Assembly: GCF_006345805.1 (NCBI RefSeq)
Contig: NW_021831660.1
Location: 1 to 34,750 of the forward strand
DNA length: 34,750 bases
Origin: Octopus sinensis
Lineage: Eukaryota
Direction: 5' to 3'
How positions within the stretch are numbered: position 1 is the stretch's first letter; each line of letters opens with the position of its first letter. Positions 12,401-27,378 of the stretch are shown piece by piece. The position numbers and the translations under genes were made by a program. Below the pieces are notes generated by a model that ran no database searches, was not told the origin of the DNA, and saw only the letters and a program-made list of their open reading frames with translations.

Positions 12401-12893
12401 TACCGAGAAGCGCTACCCGTTCGGATAAGCTCTACAGACACGGTTCGAGAAACACGGGGCCGACCTGCCCGAGATGCGGCGGTCAGAGCGACGAAACCGT
12501 TCTGCACGCACTCGTTCAGTGTCCAACAACAATTTCCGACCTGTGGGCTTATGTCGAACAACTGCTGTCACGTGTGGGACGAGTCGGTTTATCAGCTGAG
12601 TCTATCGTCAATATTGTCACGCCTCCTTCCTTCAAACGGGAAGGAAGAGCTATTTTCATCATCCTTGTGGCTATGGCGAAAGAATGTATCTGGTGGACCG
12701 CGTCTGAAAGGATTGGAGAAACACACTTTCTCTCTGGTCAATCTCTCATCATCAACTTCTTCAAGTACCACTTGAAAAGGAAAGTGAGAGTAGAGAGGCA
12801 AGTTTTGTCTAGCGAATGTTTTAAAAAAGATGGGTGAATGTAGCAAGAATGGCACGTATGAATGACGAAGCCACCTTGAGCATAGTCCTATGA
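9429..12893 (+). CDS. ORF2 of copy B: APE endonuclease, RT and C-terminal CCHC, frameshifted as assembled
   Basis: MIKIGCVNARGL, ISETRL, RLVVLDV, SVYAP, GDWN, TDH. FRPITLLNADLKILAKVLA, YADD at 11501-11512, CPRCGG-SDETVLHALVQC. Ends ...EATLSIVL-TGA at 12891-12893. Confidence 0.95.
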
Positions 12894-13336
12894 ACCCAGA
12901 AATCGAAAACAGAGAGTTGCTTATTTGCAAAAAAAAAAAAAAAAAAGAAATATAAATGTGACTTCATTGACCGAGGTTACCGTGGTCTTTTCCGCAGGCT
13001 TTTTTTCCACGGGTAAACCTCACTGTCCTCCCCTTTACACTTCATTTGACATTTCTGTGATAACGATCCCTATTGATCATTTTTTTTTCCTCTCCCCCCC
13101 CCCCCCCCATTTTTTTTTTTTTTTTTTTTAACCCCCCTTATTTTTGTCCTCTTTCTCTCCTTTTACGATCCCTTTGATCGAACGAACCTCCCCCTTCCTT
13201 TTTTTTTTTTTTAATACCTTCAAAAGAAAAGCTCTACCTTGTATTTGTTCTATCTGTGTGCAGCCCTGTGTGGCTAATAAAGAACATATCTATATATATA
13301 TATTATATGTATAGATATATATATATATATATTATA

Positions 13337-13578
13337 TATGTATAATATATATATGTGACCTCGTGAGTACCGCTGCCGATTTTTTTCCTCTGTCTTCCCT
13401 TCTCGGGATCTTTCCTCTCCTATGTTTCCGACGAAGAGCTCCGCTCGAACGTTAAACCCTCCTTCTTCCCTTCTTTCCCTGAGCGTCCATAATATTTTAT
13501 TTGTTCCACGTCCTCGCGTTGCTGTGTTTTTTTTGTTTTTTGTGTTTACTTTTTTTGTGTTTTCTTTTTGGATTAACT
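13337..13578 (+). mobile_element. Penelope-like terminal remnant with minimal hammerhead motif (13425-13456)
   Basis: TTT-CCGACGA-A-GAGC-TCC-GCTC-GAAC-GTT-AAA, with (TA)n on both sides. Confidence 0.55.
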
Positions 13579-14202
13579 ACATATATATATATATATATAT
13601 ATATGGACGTGTGCGCGGGATATATATTTTATTTTTATATGTATATATACATATACATTTAATTTATGAATGTGTGTGGGTGGGTGTAAAAGGCTATCCA
13701 AAGTAATCCCCGCGGTAATTCACTATACAGTCGAACGTCGGAGTTTCCACATCGAATGCAGAAAGAGATTGTATAAAGTGTTAAATATAAAAGCGAACGA
13801 AGCACTCAATACAGGAAGTAGAGTAAGCACAATAGATGTTTCTAATAAAGACTTATGGCTAGAAATTCAGAAAATAGGGTGTGAGTCGATACCATCTACA
13901 CCAGTTGATGACCGGTATAGTATTTATTTTTTTTTTTACACCCTTCAGTGACGAAATATAATCATGTCGATGATAGAAATCGAACTCAGATTATAAACAT
14001 CCGGAAGAAATATCGCAAAGCAATTTCTCCGGATGCTCTACCGATCCTGCTAGCTCACCCCCATTGTGTTAAAAATAACAATACTTACAGATATAAGCGA
14101 AACGGCCGAAATTTGGAAGTGGGGGTGGGTGGTAGAAAAACACGAAGCCCATTAGTACAACGAGGCTTTTTTTGTTTTTCTTTTTTGCATTGCCCAATGA
14201 AT

Positions 14203-14314
14203 GGATGAAAGGCAAAGCTGACCTGGGTGGTATTTGAACTAAGAATGTAATGAGTCGGAAGAAATGCCGTTCGGTCTTTTGTTCGACGCGCAAACGATGC
14301 TTCTCAACTTCACG
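14203..14314 (-). mobile_element. tRNA-derived SINE, family 1 (partial)
   Basis: Degenerate B box (GTTCAAAT on minus) and the CTTTGCCTTTCATCC core shared by all family 1 copies. Confidence 0.7.
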
Positions 14315-14357
14315 TTATGGTTTATCAAAACAATATATATATATATATGTATTTATG

Positions 14358-14396
<39 letters not shown>

Positions 14397-14563
14397 CTAA
14401 TGTTATCGTCTGTTATAAAGGGTTTATCATTATGTGTGTTTTTCTCCCTACCTATTATTTGATTATATCGCTTTAGCTGTTTATCTTGATAGGCAGATAT
14501 TAAATAAATTGTGTGCGTGTGTCTCGCATGCACACGCGCATAAGCGAGTGCGCAGACACACAT

Positions 14564-14567
<4 letters not shown>

Positions 14568-14599
<32 letters not shown>

Positions 14600-14886
14600 A
14601 GAGAGAGAGTGAGAGAGAGAATGAAAGAGAAAAAGTGAGAGAGAGTGAGATGTATTACAGACTAGATAGTAAGATAGAGAGATAGATAGATAGATAGATA
14701 GATAGAAAAAAGGATAGATAAATAGATATGAAGGTAGACACAGTGTGTGTATGTGTGTATGAGAGAGAAAGAGGAAGAGAGAGTGGGTGAGAGAGTGAGA
14801 GAGAAAAAGAGAGAGAGTGTGAGAGAAAGACAGTCAGTGAAACAGAAGGACGATACAAACATTTGTGGATATATAGATATGTATAT

Positions 14887-14970
<84 letters not shown>

Positions 14971-14991
14971 AAAGAAAGAGAGCCGAGATAA

Positions 14992-15064
<73 letters not shown>

Positions 15065-15120
15065 GAGAGAGATAGATAACCATAGATATATAGATAACCA
15101 TAGATATATAGATAGATATT
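14568..15120. repeat. Compound (GA)n/(GATA)n/(TA)n microsatellite with pure (GATA)n at about 14995-15062
   Basis: Read directly. Confidence 0.92.
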
Positions 15121-15664
15121 TAGCTGTATAGATTTCCTATCGAAATCACTCTAATTGATACAAGAGATAGACATCGTGCTTGGTTTGAAGAGAGACTCAC
15201 CGACAAATTTACACCCGGAGGCAAGCATCACAAATGTTTAAGAAATCAAGTGAAACTAATTAATATCTTGTTCAATTGTCATAGAATCAGAATTATCCCC
15301 CCATAACCCTTTGCAGGTCCCTATTGTAGACTGGAAACCGCCAGCCTACCCTTTATATTACCATATAACCATACAAAAGGGGTTTGAACTACTCTGACCC
15401 CTTCGTTCTCCTTATTAAATCAGTAGAAACAAACACTACATTTCTGTATGTTTGTACGTTTGTGTGTGTGTGTGTGTATGTGTGTGTGTGTGTGTTTGTG
15501 TGTGTGTCTGTGTGTGTCTCTGTGTGTGTTTGTATGTATACATGTTTGTATAAACACGCACGCAGACATACGCACACACATACATACTTGTTTATATATT
15601 AAATCCACCACTGTGAACATCAAATGTTACTGTACAATAATTGATTCTTTCGTATGTGTATATG

Positions 15665-15697
<33 letters not shown>

Positions 15698-16480
15698 TAT
15701 ATATTATATATATATATATATATATCATATGTATATATATATATTATATGTAATATATATATATTATATATGTATATTATGTATATGTATATATATATAT
15801 TATACACATATATATATACATATATATACACACACATATATACAACACATATTATAATTACATTATATTATGTTATATATAGACATATATATATAAAATA
15901 TATTTATATATATAAATATAATATTATACATATAATGTTATATTATAGTACATTATATTGTATTGTATACATATATATATATATATAAATATATATATAT
16001 ATACATACATATATATATATGTGTGTGTGTGTGCGTGTATGTATATGTGTGTGTGTGTGTGTGTGTATTCATTTCATAAAAGACAATTTAATTGTAAGAG
16101 ACTGTGAAAAGGAATAAACTTGTGTGTGTGTGTGAGAGAGAGAGAGAGGGGGGGGGGGAGAGAGAGAATGAGTGACGTGGGCGTAAGCGCCATTCTCTAT
16201 CCTCCCACTAAACCCAAGGGTATTCCTGCATTCCTCTCTTCTTCCATTCTTCTATTCTGCTTACCCATATTTTGTATTGCAACATACTAATGGGAAAAAT
16301 GAGAGAGATTTTTAAAAGATCCGTTTCATATTCATTTTTATGAGACTATCATTCCAATATATGACCACTGTGTGCATGTGTGTGCGTGTGTGTTTGTGTG
16401 CGTATGTGTGTGTGTGTGTTTATGGTGGATCTCCGCCCATCAACGACGAAGATCTAACTCTTTTCATTACCATTTTATTG

Positions 16481-16606
16481 GTTCATTCACTGGACTACGG
16501 CCATGCTGGGGCATCGCCTTGTAAGGTTGTAGTCAAACAGCTCGACTCCAGCACTTATGCTTTAAAGCCTGGTTTTTATACTAGCGACCTCTTTTGGCGG
16601 TGAAAA
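16481..16606 (-). mobile_element. SINE 3' part, probably family 2
   Basis: GACTACGGCCATGCTGGGGCATCGCCTT motif shared with 26538-26570. Confidence 0.6.
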
Positions 16607-17039
16607 GTGGACGAGCATGAACACCACCAACATTCTAGCGACTGCTCTTTTATTAGGTCAGCACAAATGAAGAAATCCCTGGATGAGTGAAGGACAGCAA
16701 GTGGATCACAGCCCACATGTCTGATCCTGAGCTGTTGTGCTGTGGAGACCTTGGACCTTTGTTAAATAGCTTTCACATTTAATATATTCACGGACAATTG
16801 AGACGTTGGTAAATTTGAAAGTCTTTTGTATCACGAAGTGTTCAATATATTTCTTATGAAAATATTCGTAGAGCGAAAGAGGAGGAAAACAGAGATCTCT
16901 CCTTTTAGATTCCCAGTTCCATGACGGCATTTCTCTGTGAATTTTGGACCACTTTTCACCTGTCTCCAGTGTTTCAAATATCATCTTTATATACTTTTTG
17001 CTCTTTTTGTCTCTTTCCTCTGTTCTCCCCTCATTCTCA

Positions 17040-17215
17040 ACGCACGCACACACAGGTTTATGTGTGCATATATCCCATTCATTTGCTTTTTTCTGATGAA
17101 AGTGTAACGTCCGAAACGTTAGAATTACTCCAATTTTTAAGTGTTAAACTAATACCTAATCCACATACTTAATTCATTCCGCTTCTTCTTTCTCTATTTC
17201 TTATATGTTTCTAAG
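17040..17215 (+). mobile_element. Penelope-like terminal remnant with minimal hammerhead motif (17089-17124)
   Basis: TTTT-CTGATGA-AAGTGTAACGTCC-GAAAC-GTT-AGAA, then AAGTGTTAAACTAATA. Confidence 0.5.
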
Positions 17216-17796
17216 ATATGTTTCTCTCTCTCTCTCTCTCTCTCCCCCTCCGCTCCTTCTCTCATTATCTCTCTCACACTATCACACACACACGCACAAG
17301 CACACACACACACACATTCCATTGAAGACAAGACATAGACAGAAATTGTAAAAAAAAATGATTCTTACACGGAGATTTAAACTCAAAGTATCAACATTTT
17401 TCTAAATCTATTTTGAATAACTCTGACTGTGGTGTGTAATTTGAAAGTTTTGGCTACCATCTCTAGCTTGCTGAAAAACCACCAATAGTAGGGATCAGCA
17501 ACTTCCTTTTGTAATAACCCATTTGCCCATGGCCCTATATATATAGGCTGCTTATCCTTAATTTAGCTAGAAACGGCAGCCAAATCTCTCTCAAGTTGAT
17601 AAGCGCCAAAATGATTCAAAATAGAAGATGAATGGTTGTCTTTGAATTTTGAAGATTGGAGAATCCCTTTGCGAATGTGTGTGTGTGTGTGTGTGGTGTG
17701 TGTGTGTGTGTGTGTATCTTCGGTAGTAAGATGCCATAGGTCTTGAAACTTAAAAGATTACAATGATGCTAGTACCACAATTGAAAATGCGATAAC

Positions 17797-18008
17797 TGAT
17801 TCAAATTTAGCAAAAGGCCAGCAATTTTAGTGGGAATGGCTTATGCAATTTCACAGTCTCCAGCACTTGAATGGTAATTCAATTTATCTAACCCGAAGGG
17901 ATGAAGGGAAAAGTTGGCCTCGGCGAGATTCGAACTCAGAACGTATAGAACCGACGAGCATGCCGCAAATATTTTTTGTACGAAGCGCTAATGGTTCTAC
18001 CAGCTCGG
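17797..18008 (-). mobile_element. tRNA-derived SINE, family 1
   Basis: GAGTTCGAAT B box, CCCTTCATCCCTTCGGG core and tail. Confidence 0.75.
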
Positions 18009-18333
18009 AGATGTGTTGTCGTGATGCGATACTTTATATCTCAAGATGGTCATGTTCGAAATGTTTTCATTTAGAGGTAAGTTCTGATTTCGCACTAAAT
18101 GATGACAATAACCACAGCATTAACAATAACACTTGATAACATAATTTCCAGTTGTCTGACGTCATCGCTTGAGTCCAGTCAAAGTCGCATCCGGTTACTA
18201 ATAAAAGACATGTTAGAGAAATCTAGATTCTATGTTGACAGTTGGAAAGCTTTTAGTAAACTGCTACCTTATTCTCTCTGAATTGAAATGCATTTACAGT
18301 CCGTCTACTTGTTTTATATCATCACCATGTTGT

Positions 18334-18471
18334 ACATTATTTACATTATTTACTTTTGACAGATATTCGTCCTCATCTTTTTTTGTTGTTAACACAACGT
18401 TTCGTCTGATATACCCTCCGGCTTTCATCAGGTGTCTTGGGGAAATTTCGAACCTGGGTTCTCATTAATCT

Positions 18472-18550
<79 letters not shown>

Positions 18551-18729
18551 AATAACATCGAAATATACCTTAGGAATGAGAACCCAGTTTCGAAATTTCT
18601 CCAAGACACTTGATGAAGGCTGGTGGGTATATCAGCCGAAACGTTGTGTTAACAACAAACAAGATGAAGACAAATATCTGTCAAATGTAAATAATGTAAA
18701 TAATTCCTCATCTCTTAAATATAGAACTG
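18334..18729. mobile_element. 396-bp Penelope-like insertion with inverted arms, central (TAA)n and 14-bp TSD
   Basis: Arms 18336-18466 and 18575-18704 are reverse complements (about 90% identical by eye). Each carries a hammerhead-like core. CATCACCATGTTGT occurs at 18320-18333 and 18730-18743. Confidence 0.85.
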
Positions 18730-19589
18730 CATCACCATGTTGTTCTGTTCTTTACTGGAGTCCAGTCTGTTGCAAGAATCCCGGGCAGACTAAGGGCCCG
18801 AAGTTCTGTCTAGACTAACTCACTATATTGATGCACTTCTTACAAATACAGCGGTCTATAAGTGTGACGAATCGGCGAGGTCGTTGGACAATGTGCAAAA
18901 TACAAAATCTCGTTTTAATTGCGATTCACTGACCGATGCGAGGCAACGATGTAGCGGAGAACGGTGAGTGGTAATTAACGAAGGAGCTCTGCGACTCATC
19001 GGTTGAGGCAGCGCGAAGCGACGGGAGTTCAGAAGGAACCAACACAGGAGTCGTGTAAAACAACGGGGTGGGCACTGGGAGCCAAAGTAGGAAGCGTGCA
19101 AACCAATGGCGGTACATTGCAAGCCAACGAAGAAGCCGTGCGATATAATGAGGTCGCTAAGTTAGGAAGAGATAAACAAACCAACAGTGGTTGTCAAAGC
19201 TGTGGGAAACTGAACACGAAGGAAGAAAATGCATATAAAGACTAGTCGATGCGGGGCTAGAGCAGAAGACACGGGCCAAAGGTGTTGTGCAATGGAATTG
19301 AAAGCAATTCCATACGATTAAGATGCGAAATATTTAACCACACACTCACGCACAAATATATACATAAAGTGTTGGGATCGCATTGATATCGGTTAGAATA
19401 AGCAATTTCGACATTTTGTGTGTGTGTCTGTGTATTTGCATGCGCATGCGTGTGCGGTACAAGGCCCACTTTATAAGTCTGTGATGGTATTATCCATCCA
19501 GGATTATTATCCACAATTTTGTTAACTAAATGTTATAAACAAGCTATTGAGATAAAATACATAAATAACATATCTATCTAACAATCTGT

Positions 19590-21920
<2,331 letters not shown>

Positions 21921-22814
21921 GTACATGTGCGGTCAGGCGGCGTAGAAAGATATGTGAAACCTGCAATTTCCAAAGGCTGCTATAAATATCGTTTGTTTAA
22001 GAAAAGCCTCGTTTTCATAATTGCTCGTCCGTATCCCAGTTTTGGCCAAAATAATGTCGGCCATTTTTTTTTAGGGCCTGAAATTTTTTTGCTCATCTTT
22101 TTTTGTTCTGTCTCCTTAATTTCCATCTCGGCTTGTTCAGGATTCTCCCCCGCTCCTGTTGTTATTCAGTTATTCGTAATGCATGACGGCATATTCTGTT
22201 TAATAAACCGGAAACTGGCTTTAAAGACGTCCGGAAGGACATTTTAAAGATTCATTAGAATATGTTTAAGATATGAAACACCAATCATGTATGAGTTTCT
22301 TGCAGTGCATTCGGTTTTTTTCATACATATTTCTTGAATTTTCGTGTGCATATTTGTATGTGTTCGTCTTTCTGACCGGAAGTGTGTGCGCACATTTTTT
22401 ACTGTGAGTGTGGTGGGCATGTGCATAATGCGTGCGCACGTGCGTGTGCCGGTGTCAGTTTTTAAATGCTTGCATCAGTCTCTTTCATTCTTTTGTATAC
22501 AAATATGATAGATGTTTATTATATATATATATATATATACATACATAATACATATATTGATACGCATGCGAGACCCTTGACACATAATGAAAGTATGTGG
22601 ACATATGTGTATGTGCGTGTTGTTTAAGTGTGTCTGTAAATGTGTTGGTATGTTTAGCTGTGCTTTACATGAGAAATGCTCCCAAATACGCCATAAGGAA
22701 ATCTGTGATGGAATGTTTTTCGTACATAATTCTTTGATTCGCTGCTTTTCGTATCAGTGTATCATGCTCACACACACCACACACACACAAATCCATTTAT
22801 ACGCGTATGTACAT

Positions 22815-22943
22815 AAGTAGCTTGACTACCAACCACAGGGTTCTGGGTTCTGTCCCACTGTGTGGGGCCTTGGGCGAGTGTCTCCTGCTTTAGCCTCAGG
22901 CCGACCAAAGCCTTGTGAGACGGAAACTAAAAGAAGCCCGTCG

Positions 22944-22992
<49 letters not shown>

Positions 22993-23055
22993 TTGCGTGT
23001 CTGTGTTTGTCCCACCATCATCGTTTGACAACCGCTGTGTCTACGTCCCCGTAGA
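22815..23055 (+). mobile_element. tRNA-derived SINE, family 2 (CORE-like, internal TA/TG microsatellite), 5' part
   Basis: GGGTTCTGTCC B-box-like, GGCCTTGGGCGAGTGTCT (CORE-like), internal (TA)n(TG)n. Confidence 0.75.
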
Positions 23056-23408
23056 AACATGTATGCATATATAGATATACAAGTGCACGTGTGTATGCGC
23101 GTGCATATATATATTTATTTATTTATAAATATACATACATGTATATATTTATACACACACACACGTACACACACACAAACACAGACAAACATACACACAC
23201 ACATATTGGCGATTTTTTTCCTCCGTCTCCCTTTTCTCTTGGGCATTCCTCCGTCTGCTCTTTCTGGACAAGAGCTTTGCTCGAAACATAAAACACCCTT
23301 TCTTTCCTTGCATGAGCGTCTTTTAATACTTTGCATGTACCACGTCCTTCAGTTGTTGTTTTTTTGTATCTTTCTTCGTTTCTTATTAATTATATATATA
23401 TATATATA

Positions 23409-23453
<45 letters not shown>

Positions 23454-23462
23454 CACACACAC

Positions 23463-23515
<53 letters not shown>

Positions 23516-24792
23516 ATATATCTACACACATATATATTTCTGTGAGAGTTAGAGGTTGGGAAACCAACCAACTAAGGGATAGTACCTATCCAATATACTG
23601 CTGGTAGTGTACCCTCATGTTTGCTCCTATTCCTTTTCTGCCCTCTTTAATATTGACAAATACACTGTACCTATTGCTAACTGTTTATTATATGTATCAG
23701 CCCTCCTAACCAATTAGACCCTCTGAAGGACCCTTATGGCACACTCATCATCCAAACATTATCTGCCCATCCCTACAGAACACTGAAGAGATGGAGATGG
23801 CATCGAGGATTTCGTTGCCTCTAGGCAGAAACGGCCGTAAGGAACAGATGTTTTGTTCTTTTCTGTAATATTATTACATTCATGTGTAACACATAGTTAC
23901 TACATGTGTATGTTTTCCTTCTAATACTTTCTAATGCTTTGGAATAAATAGAGACACATTGGAATATCTACCGGATAATGCATGTCGTTTTGTATCCTTT
24001 CCATTTTCTTATTTGCCGTATAAATATATATATATACATACATATATACACACATATATATATAGATACATACATACATACATACATGCATACATACATA
24101 CATGTATATAAAGAACGACACAAATGTATAAAAAAGGGACCACAAGGTGGTTTACATTTACATTTTAAACCCTTTGTTGTTCTTGTTTTTATACCAACGC
24201 AACTCCTGGAACCATCCCCGAATCGTATCTACGGTTTATATTAGATTTAGTACTTACATATATATATACACACCTGCAGTATTTTACAAGCACATTACGC
24301 CTCATTGTTGTTTTATCTCACTGTTAACCCTATGTTATGATGCCTAGCCAGTCGTACGTGTTGAGGACCTTAGATTCTGAAGAATTCTGTAAGTGCTGTA
24401 TATGTTTTGAATGAAACACGTGGATGCAACTACGTAAATTGGTGTCCAATTCCTTTGCGTAACATGTTAAGTAAAGTGTCTTCTCTTATAGGTTTCAGCA
24501 GGTCAAAGTTTTATGTGTGAAATTTAGTTGACGAAATCTGTGGCAAAGCTGATGGGGGAGATCATTTCTGTTCGTATCACTGCAATCTAGCCTTTGGCTG
24601 TCTTTAGCGCAGTACATTCTGTTGCAAGAATCAGAGGCAGCTCTCTCTTCTGGGAATAACTCTATCTCTTATTCTAAATATTTTGGCCGTTCTGAAACAA
24701 AAACAGTCATGGACAGTGATTTTTTTCTTACAATCAAGTAAACGATTTTGCAAAATTATACAGGCATGCGTAATTGGCTCGTAAACACTTTT

Positions 24793-24880
24793 TGCAACCG
24801 CGTGGTTCCAGGTTCAGTGCCACTGTGCGGCACCCTAGACAACAATCTCTTATGATAAGGTCAATGTGTTGTGAGTGATT
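24793..24880 (+). mobile_element. SINE family 2 head remnant
   Basis: AACCGCGTGGTTCCAGGTTCAGTGCCACTG matches the head at 22829 onward. Confidence 0.6.
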
Positions 24881-24918
24881 TTTGTGAGTGCTAACGACTG
24901 TGCCAGTTCGCCGCCTTA

Positions 24919-25096
24919 TAATAATGGTTTCAAATTATGGCACAAGACCAACAAGTTCGGGATAGAGGAGTTAAAGTCGAAAGGATGTAAAGCAAAGGCG
25001 ACCTCGGTGGAATTTGAACTCAGAGCACTGAGAAAGACGAAATGGCGCGAAGCATTTTGCCTGGCGCACTAGCGATTCAACCAGGTCGCCGGGTTA
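24919..25096 (-). mobile_element. tRNA-derived SINE, family 1, with a second head remnant at 24890-24918
   Basis: GAGTTCAAATTCCACCGAGGTCG, A-box-like head, tail ending ATTATT. Confidence 0.8.
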
Positions 25097-25104
25097 GAGA
25101 GAGG

Positions 25105-25600
25105 TAAGACATGGTATGATCACAAACCGGAGAGAGTGGTGGAGTTGGAGACCTGCAAAATCCTCTGGGATTTCTCATTCCAAAGAGAGCATAACAGACC
25201 TGACCTACAAGGGGTGGATAGGATGCACCACGTGTGCTATATAGTTGATGTTGCGTTCCCGTTTCACCCACGAATAGTCAAGATGGAAGGCGAAAAAAGA
25301 AATAGATATATTCAATTCTCTTAAGTACGAAATAGCCCGTCTATGGAAAATGAAGAAGGTGAATATAGTGCCAATTATTTTTGGGTCCTTGTGTTCAGTA
25401 TCAGAAGGCATCAAGGGGAATATAAAGGAAATTGGTATAAAGTGCCCAGTAGAAATGTTTGCCTCTTTGGCACGGTCAGAATAATCAGAAACGTATTAGA
25501 TAGTTGAAGAGAACATGGTACTGTAGTCTGTAGGCAGCAAGCCCTCGACACATTGCAAAACCTCAGCAGATACAACAAAACCTGAGATAAATAGAATAAA
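25105..25600 (+). mobile_element. 5'-truncated RLE-type non-LTR retrotransposon (R4/Dong-like), C-terminal endonuclease and 3' UTR
   Basis: WYDHKPERVVELETCKILWDF...HNRPDL...IVDVAFP...EK...LKYEIARLWKMKKVNIVPIIFG...GTVRIIRNVLDS-stop (TGA 25505-25507), with frameshifts. This is the PD..D..K-type RLE signature. It runs into (TAA)n. Confidence 0.85.
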
Positions 25601-25602
25601 AT

Positions 25603-25932
<330 letters not shown>

Positions 25933-26530
25933 AATAAAGATAATAACAAACACCATCAAGCATGAACTACACGCTGTTAGTAGCCATGCACACATTCATA
26001 CAACAGTAGCGACTGCCGGCTGCTAACTATTGATTAAATTATAATAAATTGGAAAGAGGAAAGAATTAATGAGAATAGACAGAGATCCAAATTAATCACC
26101 ATTGAAATATAGAAACACTGACGGGGTTATATTTATCAGCAACGAAAAGCTGGACTGCAAGAAATAATTGTGAAGATTGAACTGTATAAAAATAAGTATT
26201 TGATCTCATGCTTGACTCCATTAGAGGAATGCCATCTTTGTAAATGGAAATTATTGAAGAACCTAAAGAACGCCTAAAGAGTGGGAGTGCTAGATTCCCT
26301 TATTTAGAAATATAAGAACACAGATCGTGTTGTATAGCCAGCTGGAGACGATGTCTCCTGGGGCTGAATAACAGCAACATTCGTCCTAAACCAGGACGGC
26401 CGTGTTATGTTGGCAAATAATCTTTACTCCAAAGTACTGTGGGTGAATATCTCTCGCTGTGAGATTTACGAATAGTAATTTTCTAATCTAAAGAATACTG
26501 TTTGCCTTTTGTTATCTTTGACTTGCGTCG

Positions 26531-26745
26531 GTCAATAGACAGCGGCCATACTGGGGCACCACCCTGAAGAGTGAGTTTTTGTTTTTTAATTGAATGAATC
26601 GGCCCTAATACCTATGACCTTTTGTATGAAGTTTGCAAAGTTTGCTACATATGCTACCGGTCATTTCAGCAAACTGCAAAGTTACACGGACGTATACATA
26701 CCAATACCGATTGTCAAGCAGTGGTGGGAAACAAACACACACACA
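26531..26745 (-). mobile_element. SINE 3' part, probably family 2
   Basis: GACAGCGGCCATACTGGGGCACCACC motif. The distal part is the reverse complement of 23000-23050. Confidence 0.65.
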
Positions 26746-26784
26746 CACACGTATATATAATTATATATATATATATACGTATGC

Positions 26785-26826
<42 letters not shown>

Positions 26827-26954
26827 TTGGCCCGGACGTTTGCAGTGTGAGTGAAGTGGAGATACTTTTAGAAAGAAAAAACAAAGTAATAAAAGCAACA
26901 AATAATATGCAACGAAAGGTTACGCCGAGACCTTAACTCTGTAAACTGCCCTTG

Positions 26955-26975
26955 CAAATGATGATGATGATGGTG

Positions 26976-27006
<31 letters not shown>

Positions 27007-27008
27007 GG

Positions 27009-27100
<92 letters not shown>

Positions 27101-27224
27101 AATAACAAGGATAATAATAATAATGATAATAATAATAATAAAAATAATGATAATGATAATGATAACAATTATAAAAATAATAATGATAATGATAATAATA
27201 ACAAGGATAATAATAATAATGATA

Positions 27225-27274
<50 letters not shown>

Positions 27275-27281
27275 GATGATG

Positions 27282-27328
<47 letters not shown>

Positions 27329-27331
27329 GAA

Positions 27332-27378
<47 letters not shown>

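Larger units (their letters stand above)
7166..13286 (+). mobile_element. Full-length L1/Tx1-clade non-LTR retrotransposon, copy B (different subfamily from A)
   Basis: Same architecture as copy A. Starts right after the (TATC)n tract (shared motif GACGGA at 7175). Ends AATAAAGAACA (13276-13286), followed by TATCTATATA. Confidence 0.93.

Noticed and set aside
1006-12930. Many antisense and alternate-frame ORFs within the two retrotransposons
   Set aside because: They are shadows of ORF1/ORF2 or of AC-rich low-complexity sequence, and are not conserved between the copies.
13670-14208. Possible host exon after the acceptor-like TTTTACACCCTTCAG at 13947
   Set aside because: No recognisable protein motif and no convincing donor.
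16706-17053. Minus-strand 115-aa ORF, and the plus-strand ORF at 21891-22247
   Set aside because: No family signature, and the starts lie in microsatellite. A small exon cannot be excluded without RNA data.
17330-17640. Probable additional repeat remnant (similar CTATTTCTAGCAGG-type motifs near 31560 and 31785)
   Set aside because: Too degenerate to assign a class or boundaries by eye.
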